From the NCBI RefSeq assembly GCF_001458695.1, contig NZ_LN885086.1, positions 2,070,001 through 2,102,000 of the forward strand: DNA of 32,000 nt, in the 5' to 3' direction. Below the pieces are notes generated by a model that ran no database searches, had not been told where the DNA came from, and saw only the letters and a list, made by a program, of their open reading frames with translations. Shown in pieces: positions 16,590-23,721 of this stretch. The position numbers were made by a program, and so were the translations under genes. The DNA comes from Candidatus Nitrospira inopinata (lineage in GTDB: Bacteria; Nitrospirota; Nitrospiria; Nitrospirales; Nitrospiraceae). Each line of letters opens with the position of its first letter. Position 1 is the stretch's first letter.

Positions 16590-17339
16590 ATGAGCAAAAC
16601 GGGCTCCATGAAGACGAGACGGTCTCCGGCGGCCGAGGAGACGGGGCGAGAGCAAATCATTCGGGAGTTCGCCCATGTCATTCACGCCATGGCCCATCGG
16701 CTGTCGTTTCGGCTGCCCGCGTATCTGGACGCGGAAGACTTGATTTCGGTCGGCACGATGGGCCTCATGGACGCGATGGAAAAATATGATCCGACGCGGG
16801 AAGCCAAATTCAAGACGTACGCCGAGTTTCGAATCCGCGGGGCGATGTTGGATGAGATCCGCTCCATGGATTGGATTCCCCGCTCGGTGCACGAACGCGT
16901 CTCGCTGCTGCAACGAACGCACGTTGAGTTGATGCATCGCCTGGGTCGGCCGCCGCTCGATGAAGAAGTCGCGGCCGAACTGAAGCTGTCGCCGGAAGAG
17001 CTCGACGACTTTCTGGCCAAGGCCAAGGGCGCGGTGATGGTCAGCCTCGAGGATCTCAACCTGCACGACGTCGACGGACAAAAGGCCGTGGCGGTGCTGG
17101 CCGACACGCAAAATCCCGATCCGCTCGCGGCGCTGGTCAACGAGCGGGAGCGGGAATCCGTCGGTGACGCGATTCAGAACCTTCCCGAAAAAGAGCGGCT
17201 GGTCTTGACGCTTTACTATTTCGAAGAGCTCACCATGAAAGAAATCGGAGAGTTGCTCAAAGTGACGGAATCGCGCGTTTGCCAAATTCACGCCAAGGCC
17301 ATCCTCCGATTGAAAGCGCAATTGGGCGTGTCACGATGA
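16590..17339 (+). CDS. fliA: Flagellar sigma factor FliA (sigma28)
   Basis: Sigma70-family regions 2-4: DLISVGTMGLMDAMEKYDP, FKTYAEFRIRGAMLDEIR, LTLYYFEELTMKEIGELLKVTESRVCQIHAKAILRLK. GGAGGAG lies before ATG 16590. The upstream 210 aa of the ORF-track frame (15960-) overlaps flhG out of frame and is not credible. Confidence 0.93.
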   Translation: MSKTGSMKTRRSPAAEETGREQIIREFAHVIHAMAHRLSFRLPAYLDAEDLISVGTMGLMDAMEKYDPTREAKFKTYAEFRIRGAMLDEIRSMDWIPRSVHERVSLLQRTHVELMHRLGRPPLDEEVAAELKLSPEELDDFLAKAKGAVMVSLEDLNLHDVDGQKAVAVLADTQNPDPLAALVNERERESVGDAIQNLPEKERLVLTLYYFEELTMKEIGELLKVTESRVCQIHAKAILRLKAQLGVSR

Positions 17340-17346
17340 ACTTGGC

Positions 17347-17370
17347 CGGCGGAATATTTTTCCTCCGCCG
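17347..17370 (+). terminator. Hairpin just after the fliA stop (weak terminator candidate)
   Basis: CGGCGGA-atatttttcc-TCCGCCG forms a 7-bp stem beginning 8 nt after the fliA stop. There is no downstream U-tract. Confidence 0.3.
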
Positions 17371-17522
17371 TCGGCAAAGGTCGCCTTGTTCGGATCATGT
17401 AGAAGACACCGTTCGCCGGCGCGTCGTGCTCGTAGGTGACACCGCGTCAAGATGTCTCAATAAAATCAGATTGTTTCATAGTGTCACGATGAACGACGGC
17501 GCCCAACTCGGTTGATCGATCT

Positions 17523-17538
17523 TGGCACAGGGGTTGCT
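17523..17538 (+). promoter_or_regulatory. sigma54 (-24/-12) promoter of the flgF operon
   Basis: TGGCAC-agggg-TTGCT, with GG at 17524-17525 and GC at 17536-17537 separated by exactly 10 nt. It lies about 45 nt upstream of the flgF ATG in a 242-nt gap. Confidence 0.75.
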
Positions 17539-17581
17539 GAACGAGAGGTACAAGAGAAGAAAGAAGAGGAAGACACGGCAT

Positions 17582-18349
17582 ATGAATCGCGGCATTTATC
17601 CCATTCTGTCCGGAGCGTTGGCGCATGAGCGTCGGATGCAGGTCTTCGCCAACAACATGGCCAACGTGAACACGGCCGGTTTCAAGCAGGATCAACAGGC
17701 CTTCAAGGCCCTTCTTCCTCCCCGCCGGGCGATTGTTCCGGTGAGCGAAGGGCATGGCCTGCTCTCGCATGTCATGGCGCGTCCCATGGGCGTGCCTGAA
17801 CGGGCGTACGCGGCGCCCGATCGTGTGACGACGACGTTCGAGCCTGGTCGGATCAAGCTGACCGGCAATCCGTTGGATATGGCGATACAGGGGGAAGGGT
17901 TTTTCGAGGTGCAGACTCCCCAGGGCCTTCGCTATACCCGCAACGGCATGTTTTCGCTCGACAGCCGACGCCGGTTGGTCACGAATCTCGGGTATCCCGT
18001 CATGGGGACCGCCGGGGAGATCAAAATTCCGGTCGGAAAGTTGGAGATCACGTCGCAAGGAGCCGTCAAGGTGGATGACAAACCGGTCGCCACGATCAAG
18101 CTCGTGGAGTTTTCTCCGGACGAGATGCCGCAGAAGGTTTCGGAAGGTCTGTTCGCTTCGGACAAGGGCCGGCCGGCCAAACGTTCGACGATTGAAGTGG
18201 GGCACATCGAGGAGTCCAACGTCAACGTGATCGGGGAAATGGTCAAGCTGATGAGCGGCATGCGCGGGTACGAGTCGGCCCAAAAGCTGATTCAGACGCT
18301 TGATCGGATGGCGGAAACGGCGATTCAGGAAGTCGGGCGGGTCGGATGA
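17582..18349 (+). CDS. flgF: Flagellar basal-body rod protein FlgF
   Basis: N-terminus MNRGIYPILSGALAHERRMQVFANNMANVNTAGFK and C-terminus IEESNVNVIGEMVKLMSGMRGYESAQKLIQTLDRM. It lies directly upstream of flgG. Confidence 0.9.
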   Translation: MNRGIYPILSGALAHERRMQVFANNMANVNTAGFKQDQQAFKALLPPRRAIVPVSEGHGLLSHVMARPMGVPERAYAAPDRVTTTFEPGRIKLTGNPLDMAIQGEGFFEVQTPQGLRYTRNGMFSLDSRRRLVTNLGYPVMGTAGEIKIPVGKLEITSQGAVKVDDKPVATIKLVEFSPDEMPQKVSEGLFASDKGRPAKRSTIEVGHIEESNVNVIGEMVKLMSGMRGYESAQKLIQTLDRMAETAIQEVGRVG

Positions 18350-18429
18350 TCGCGCGAAGCGTCTCGCGACGAGCGGGGCGGCGTCGGCGGAACGGCGCTC
18401 GCGGGCGGTGAGAAAAGAGGAGGAACGAC

Positions 18430-19221
18430 ATGATTCGGGCCATGTGGACGGCGGCGACCGGCATGACGGCTCAGCAGATCAACGTCGACACGATCGCGCA
18501 CAACCTTGCCAACGTCAACACGAACTCGTTCAAGCGAAGCCGGGCCGAGTTCGCCGACTTGCTGTATCAGATCCAACGCCTTCCCGGCACGAACGCGTCG
18601 AACGTCGGAGTCTTTCCCGTGGGCATCCAGGTCGGCGCGGGCGTTCGACCGACCACGGTCGCCAAGGAATGGCTTCAAGGGAACATGCGTCAAACCAACA
18701 ACGAACTGGATCTCGCGATCGACGGGCCGGGGTTCTTTCAAGTATCCCGTCCGGACGGCACGATCATGTACACGCGCAACGGCTCGTTCAAGCGCGACAA
18801 TGTCGGCAACCTGGTGACCGGCGACGGCGACCTGCTGAATCCCGTGATCACGATCCCGTCCGGCGCGCTGAAGGTCGATATCGGACAAGACGGCACGGTG
18901 TCGGTCCTGCTCCCCGGCGTGACGCAGGCGTCGCAAGTCGGTCAAATCCAAATCACGCGCTTCGATAATCCGTCCGGTTTGGTGGCGATGGGCAACAACC
19001 TCTTCATCGACAGTTTTGCGTCCGGCCCCCCGATCCAAGGCACCGGCGGGTTTTCCACCGGATTCGGCACGATCCAACAGGGGTTCCTGGAAAGCTCGAA
19101 CGTCAATTTGGCGGAAGAAATGGTCAACATGATCATCGCCCAGCGGAGCTACGAGATCAATTCAAAGACCATTCAAGCGTCCGATGAGATGATGGCCATC
19201 GCCAACAATCTGCGGCGATAG
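18430..19221 (+). CDS. flgG: Flagellar distal rod protein FlgG
   Basis: MIRAMWTAATGMTAQQINVDTIAHNLANVNTNSFKRSRAEFADLLYQ at the N-terminus and LESSNVNLAEEMVNMIIAQRSYEINSKTIQASDEMMAIANNL at the C-terminus. A strong SD GAGGAGG is present. Confidence 0.96.
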   Translation: MIRAMWTAATGMTAQQINVDTIAHNLANVNTNSFKRSRAEFADLLYQIQRLPGTNASNVGVFPVGIQVGAGVRPTTVAKEWLQGNMRQTNNELDLAIDGPGFFQVSRPDGTIMYTRNGSFKRDNVGNLVTGDGDLLNPVITIPSGALKVDIGQDGTVSVLLPGVTQASQVGQIQITRFDNPSGLVAMGNNLFIDSFASGPPIQGTGGFSTGFGTIQQGFLESSNVNLAEEMVNMIIAQRSYEINSKTIQASDEMMAIANNLRR

Positions 19222-19230
19222 GGAGGTACC

Positions 19231-20025
19231 ATGAGCCGACCGTCGATGTTGCTCGCGTTCCTTCTGATCGGCTCCGTCGCGTGGGCCGACGGCGTTTCGT
19301 CCGCCGAGACCCTGTCCGAGTCCGGACGGGCCGTCATCGGCGATCCCGGAAGGGGTTCCCGATCGGCCGGGAGCCGGTCGGCCCAGCGGGTCGCGACCCC
19401 GGAGGCGATCGGAAAAACCATTCAATCGTACTTGGAAAAAGAGTGGGCGCGGACGATCAAAGAGGTGCAGGTCACGGTGCTGGAGCCTTCCGATCCCGTC
19501 GGCGTGCCGTCCGGAAACGTCGAGTGGCGCGTGGTTCCGGTCCGACCGGAGGAGCGGCTAGGGCGCCGTCATTTTCAGGTGGCCGTCACGGTGAACGGGA
19601 AAGTCTGGAAAACCATCGACGTCGCGGCGGACGTGGCCGCGATGATCGACGCGGTCGCGCTCAATCGATTCGTCAAGCCGGAGGAGGTCATCGAGGAGGC
19701 GGATCTCAAGAACATTCGGGTGCGCGTGTCGCAGCTCGCTCATCCTTTTCTCGTCGATTCGGACCACGTGATCGGGAAGAGCGCGGCTCGACCTCTTCCC
19801 GCCGATACTCCGCTGCGCGCGGTTTTTTTGAAAGCCCCCGTCGTGATCAAAAAGGGCGACCGGGTGCTGATCGAAGCGAGACGCGGCGGCTTGTCGGTTC
19901 ACGCCTACGGGGTGACGAAGTCAAGCGGCTACGTCGGGCAAACCATCATGGTGGCGAATGCGGAGTCCGGCAGGGAACTGCGGGCCAAGGTCGTGGCGCC
20001 GGGCCTCGTCCAGGTGGAGTTCTAA
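19231..20025 (+). CDS. flgA: P-ring assembly chaperone FlgA
   Basis: Signal peptide MSRPSMLLAFLLIGSVAWA and a C-terminal SAF/ChapFlgA-like region KKGDRVLIEARRGGLSVHAYGVTKSSGYVGQTIMVANAESGRELRAKVVAPGLVQV. Confidence 0.85.
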   Translation: MSRPSMLLAFLLIGSVAWADGVSSAETLSESGRAVIGDPGRGSRSAGSRSAQRVATPEAIGKTIQSYLEKEWARTIKEVQVTVLEPSDPVGVPSGNVEWRVVPVRPEERLGRRHFQVAVTVNGKVWKTIDVAADVAAMIDAVALNRFVKPEEVIEEADLKNIRVRVSQLAHPFLVDSDHVIGKSAARPLPADTPLRAVFLKAPVVIKKGDRVLIEARRGGLSVHAYGVTKSSGYVGQTIMVANAESGRELRAKVVAPGLVQVEF

Positions 20026-20113
20026 GGCGGCATTGCGTCGGCGAAGAGACGCGCGTCGTCCCAGCCGTTTAAGGGATGCGCGAGATGAGCGCGCGTTCGT
20101 TGGAGAAGGGATT

Positions 20114-20830
20114 GTGACGGTGAACGGATGTTTCGGGATCGGCCGGATCGGCGAGGCCGGCAGGATCGGATGGCTGGCCGCACTGGTTCTGTTGAGCGGA
20201 TGCGCCTCCCAGCCGAGCGCGTCGAGCAAGGTCACCGTTCCACCCTTGCCCCCTCCCAAAACGGTGGGCTCTCTCTGGCAGGAAGAAAACGGGCGGGCCT
20301 ATCTCTACGAAGATCTTCGGGCCATGCGGGTCGGCGACGTCCTGACGGTACGAATCGACGAGAAACACAAGGGGTCGAAGTCGGCCGACACGGCCGCGCA
20401 GCGGGAATCCACGGTGCAAAACAGTTTGGTCGGAAGCGGAATGGGCTACCTGGGTCTGCCGGGCATCAGGGTCAGCGATGAAACCCGCCGCGGATTCGGC
20501 ATCGACGCCTCGGCGAACAGCAAGTTCGGCGGCAAGGGCGCGACCAGCCGAACGGGAACCTTGACCGGCACCATCTCCGCCATCGTCACCGAGGTCCTGC
20601 CGAACGGCGACCTTCGCATCGAGGGCCGTCGGGAGGTGACCGTGAACAGCGAAAAGCAGTTGATGACGCTTTCGGGGGTGGTGCGGCGCGTGGACGTCGA
20701 TACCAAAAACACGGTGCTGTCGTCGGCCATCGCCGACGCCAAGATCGAGTACGCGGGGCTCGGCGTGCTGGACGACGTGCAACGCCCAGGCTGGTTCGTC
20801 AGGATATTGGACTGGATTTATCCGTTTTAG
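20114..20830 (+). CDS. flgH: Flagellar L-ring lipoprotein FlgH
   Basis: Lipobox LLSGC, then SLWQEE...RAMRVGDVLTVRIDE and GTISAIVTEVLPNGDLRIEGRREVTVNSEKQLMTLSGVVRRVDV. GTG 20114 (or 20120) follows GGAGAAGGG. The ORF-track start at 19958 overlaps flgA. Confidence 0.93.
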   Translation: MTVNGCFGIGRIGEAGRIGWLAALVLLSGCASQPSASSKVTVPPLPPPKTVGSLWQEENGRAYLYEDLRAMRVGDVLTVRIDEKHKGSKSADTAAQRESTVQNSLVGSGMGYLGLPGIRVSDETRRGFGIDASANSKFGGKGATSRTGTLTGTISAIVTEVLPNGDLRIEGRREVTVNSEKQLMTLSGVVRRVDVDTKNTVLSSAIADAKIEYAGLGVLDDVQRPGWFVRILDWIYPF

Positions 20831-20864
20831 TTCGGTGCCCTCAGGAGAGATCAAAGGAATCGTC

Positions 20865-22286
20865 ATGCACAGATCCCGATACGCCGCTTCACCCTTCAGA
20901 TGGCTCAGGCCGAAACCGCTCAACGTCGCATCTCTGCGCATGATGGTCTTAAGCGGGGTCGTGCGGCGCGCAGACCGTAATCCCCCGCTGTTGCCAAGGC
21001 GGGGGATCGAGGCGCCGACGGATCGCGCCCCCGTTCCTCTGGCTCCGGAGCCGGTGGGGGAAAAGGGCTGGCTCTCGCGTATCTGGATCCGCCGCAAACA
21101 GACTCAACCTGCGGCTCGTCCTCGGACGCGCGAGGGACATGGAGGGACGGCCGCGGCGAGACTGCGCACAGTCCTCTGGCTGGCGCTGATCGGTTCGCTC
21201 ACCTGGCCCGTCTCGGCCCATGCGGTGCGGATCAAAGACATCGGCGCCATCGAGGGCGTCCGGGACAACCAATTGATCGGCTACGGTCTGGTGGTGGGGT
21301 TGGACCGCACCGGAGATCAGGTGATCGGCGGACAGTTCACTATCCAGGCGATGATGTCCATGTTGAACAAAATGGGCGTCAACTTGGTCATCGATCCGAT
21401 TCAACTGCTGACGAGGAACATCGCCTCGGTGATGGTGACCGCGAAACTGCCGCCGTTTTCGAAGCCCGGCATGACGCTCGACGCCGTCGTGTCCTCCATG
21501 GCGAACGCGAAAAGCCTGCAGGGCGGCACCCTGTTGCTCACTCCGTTGAAAGCGGCCAATCAACAGGTCTATGCCGTGGCGCAAGGACCGGTGTCGATCG
21601 GAGGATTTCTCGGCGGGACCGGCGGCGCCGGAGGAGCGACGGTGGCCAAAAACCATCAAGTCGCCGGCATCGTCCCCGGCGGCGCCATCATCGAAAAGGA
21701 AGTGCTCGTCGATATCGACTCGTGGGAGACCGTGTCCGTGTTGCTTCGACAGCCGGATTTCACCACGGCGACCCGCGTGGCCGACGCCATCGGCGGCGCG
21801 TTCGGCAAGGGAAGCGCCGTGGCCGTCAACGCCGGGCAGGTGAAAGCCGCGATTCCGCCGGAGTTCCACGGGCGCGTCGTGGAATACATCGCCTCCATCG
21901 AGGGATTGGACGTTTCCGTCGACGCCGTGGCGAAAGTGGTCGTCAATGAACGGACCGGGACGGTGGTGCTCGGCGAGCACGTCCGGATTTCGACCTGCGC
22001 CATTTCGCACGGGAACCTGACGATTTCCGTCAAGAACACGTTGAACGTGTCTCAGCCGCCCGCGCCGATGATCGGCTCCACCGGCGGACAAACGGTCGTC
22101 ACGCCGGACGTCCAAACCGAAGTGAAGGAACAGGAGTCTCGGCTGATGGTCGTGGATGAGACGGTGACGCTCGGAGACGTGGTCCGCGCGCTCAACGCGG
22201 TGGGGGTCACTCCGCGCGATCTGGTGGCTATTTTGTCGGCCTTGCAATCGGCCGGATCGCTGCAGGCGAGACTGGAGATCATGTAG
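20865..22286 (+). CDS. flgI: Flagellar P-ring protein FlgI (start codon uncertain)
   Basis: The signal peptide ...RLRTVLWLALIGSLTWPVSAHA is followed from 21225 by the FlgI core VRIKDIGAIEGVRDNQLIGYGLVVGLDRTGD. The C-terminus is LGDVVRALNAVGVTPRDLVAILSALQSAGSLQARLEIM. The only canonical in-frame starts are 20835 (GTG), 20865 (ATG, SD AAAGGAA), 20940/20943 (ATG) and 21054 (GTG). All of them add a non-homologous N-terminal extension. The stop and the core are secure. Confidence 0.9.
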   Translation: MHRSRYAASPFRWLRPKPLNVASLRMMVLSGVVRRADRNPPLLPRRGIEAPTDRAPVPLAPEPVGEKGWLSRIWIRRKQTQPAARPRTREGHGGTAAARLRTVLWLALIGSLTWPVSAHAVRIKDIGAIEGVRDNQLIGYGLVVGLDRTGDQVIGGQFTIQAMMSMLNKMGVNLVIDPIQLLTRNIASVMVTAKLPPFSKPGMTLDAVVSSMANAKSLQGGTLLLTPLKAANQQVYAVAQGPVSIGGFLGGTGGAGGATVAKNHQVAGIVPGGAIIEKEVLVDIDSWETVSVLLRQPDFTTATRVADAIGGAFGKGSAVAVNAGQVKAAIPPEFHGRVVEYIASIEGLDVSVDAVAKVVVNERTGTVVLGEHVRISTCAISHGNLTISVKNTLNVSQPPAPMIGSTGGQTVVTPDVQTEVKEQESRLMVVDETVTLGDVVRALNAVGVTPRDLVAILSALQSAGSLQARLEIM

Positions 22287-22311
22287 GAGATCGAGAAAGG
22301 AGACGGGCGTC

Positions 22312-22707
22312 ATGGTGAATCCGTCGAATCCCGCAGCCGGAGCGTTCTTCTCGTCGCGGTCGTTATTTCCCGAGGCGGTGCCCGACGGCGGAATCTCGAC
22401 CTCATGGGATCGGAGTCTGCGGAGTCTAATGGATCGAACCGTACCGGGTCATCAGATCGACGCCCCTCACCAAGGAGAAGAGGCCCGCCGACAACTGGTC
22501 GAAGCCGGTCGGGAATTCGAAGCGTACTTCATCTCGTATTTGTTGAAGGTGATGAGGGAAACCATTCCTCAAGGAGCCATCGTGGACAAACAAGGGGCCT
22601 ACTTTCACTTCCTATCCGATCAGGAAATCGGAAGGCGGGCTGCGGAATCGGGCGGCATCGGGATCCATCGCATGTTTCTGGCGTATGCCGAGCAGCAAAG
22701 GTCGTAA
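22312..22707 (+). CDS. flgJ: Rod-binding protein, FlgJ N-terminal-domain type (no muramidase domain)
   Basis: 131 aa containing the rod-binding motif AGREFEAYFISYLLKVMRETIP. It occupies the position after flgI. No glucosaminidase or peptidase-like C-terminal domain is present. Confidence 0.8.
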   Translation: MVNPSNPAAGAFFSSRSLFPEAVPDGGISTSWDRSLRSLMDRTVPGHQIDAPHQGEEARRQLVEAGREFEAYFISYLLKVMRETIPQGAIVDKQGAYFHFLSDQEIGRRAAESGGIGIHRMFLAYAEQQRS

Positions 22708-22722
22708 GGCTTTGAAAAATTC

Positions 22723-22749
22723 TCAAGTTTTTTTCGCAAGTACCGATAA
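22723..22749 (+). promoter_or_regulatory. sigma28 (FliA)-type promoter upstream of flgM
   Basis: TCAAGTTT-N11-ACCGATAA compared with the consensus TAAAGTTT-N11-GCCGATAA. It lies about 70 nt upstream of the flgM ATG in the 111-nt flgJ-flgM gap. Confidence 0.75.
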
Positions 22750-22818
22750 GAGATCGACGAGGAGCGAAAGAAACACGACGCCCTCGATGAAAGGTGTCGG
22801 AGAGGAAGGAGTCGGCGT

Positions 22819-23124
22819 ATGCATATATCAGGAAACGGGAAAGCGGATCATCTGGCCAGGCTGCTGCTGGGCGTGCAGGACCTCGACGGCTCCGCCTCCA
22901 AGTCGCAACCTGTCTCCAGGGAGGTCGCCGGAGATCAGGTCCATATCTCCGAGCGGGCCAAGGAATTGCAGCGCATGCTGGCCTTGACCGATCAGCCCGA
23001 TCCCGCTCGAATGGAACGCATCAATCGAATCAAGCAGGAAATCGACAACGGGACCTATGACGTGAGCGGCCGGACGGTGGGCGACGCGTTGATCCGGCAC
23101 GTCCTCACCGATGCCGTCGTCTAA
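22819..23124 (+). CDS. flgM: Anti-sigma28 factor FlgM
   Basis: 101 aa. The C-terminal FlgM region is ISERAKELQ...RINRIKQEIDNGTYDVSGRTVGDALIRHVL. SD GGAAGGAG is present. The gene sits before flgN-flgK. Confidence 0.85.
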   Translation: MHISGNGKADHLARLLLGVQDLDGSASKSQPVSREVAGDQVHISERAKELQRMLALTDQPDPARMERINRIKQEIDNGTYDVSGRTVGDALIRHVLTDAVV

Positions 23125-23196
23125 TTCCCGTCCACACGCCGGAAGAGCGGCATGCGGGGATGGCGCGACGTTTCCGTCCCATCGGAAGGAACATGG

Positions 23197-23721
23197 ATGG
23201 AAGGAGCATGGAAGAACATGTCGTCTCATACGCCGACGCCGGCCGACCTCTCTCGGCTTCTCGATCAAGGGGAAGCCGCCTGCCGGGCTCTGCTGAAAAC
23301 CCTTGAAGACGAACGTCAGGCCGTCAGGAGCCTTGCGATCGAGAAATTGCACTCGATTAACGGCGAACGGCTGACTCTGTTGGAGTCTCTTCAACGGCTC
23401 GCCCGAGAGGCGGACGAGTCGCTGCGGGACCTCGTCGCGAGGCGCGGATTCCCCAGGCCGACGTCCTGGCAGGCTGTGCTGGATCGGTTGGCGCCGGAGG
23501 AGGCGGGAGAGCTTCGCGCGCGGCACCGCTCTCTGGTCGAAGCCGCGGAATCGGTCCGCGAGGGGCTGAGAAGAAACGGAGATCTCGTCGATGCGATTCG
23601 AACGATGATCGATCAGGCGCTGTCGGCCGGAAGCGCCGCCGTCCAGGAACGGCAGGGATATGGGAGCGACGGGAGACGGGCGTCTGTGGCGGCCAATGGG
23701 TTTTTGTATCAACAAGGGTGA
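23197..23721 (+). CDS. flgN: FlgN-like chaperone for the hook-associated proteins
   Basis: Helical, Leu/Glu/Arg-rich protein (LSRLLDQGEAACRALLKTLEDERQAVRSLAIEKLHSINGERLTLLESLQRL). It lies between flgM and flgK, and its stop overlaps the GTG at 23718. The start is ambiguous among 23152, 23197 and 23218. Confidence 0.6.
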   Translation: MEGAWKNMSSHTPTPADLSRLLDQGEAACRALLKTLEDERQAVRSLAIEKLHSINGERLTLLESLQRLAREADESLRDLVARRGFPRPTSWQAVLDRLAPEEAGELRARHRSLVEAAESVREGLRRNGDLVDAIRTMIDQALSAGSAAVQERQGYGSDGRRASVAANGFLYQQG

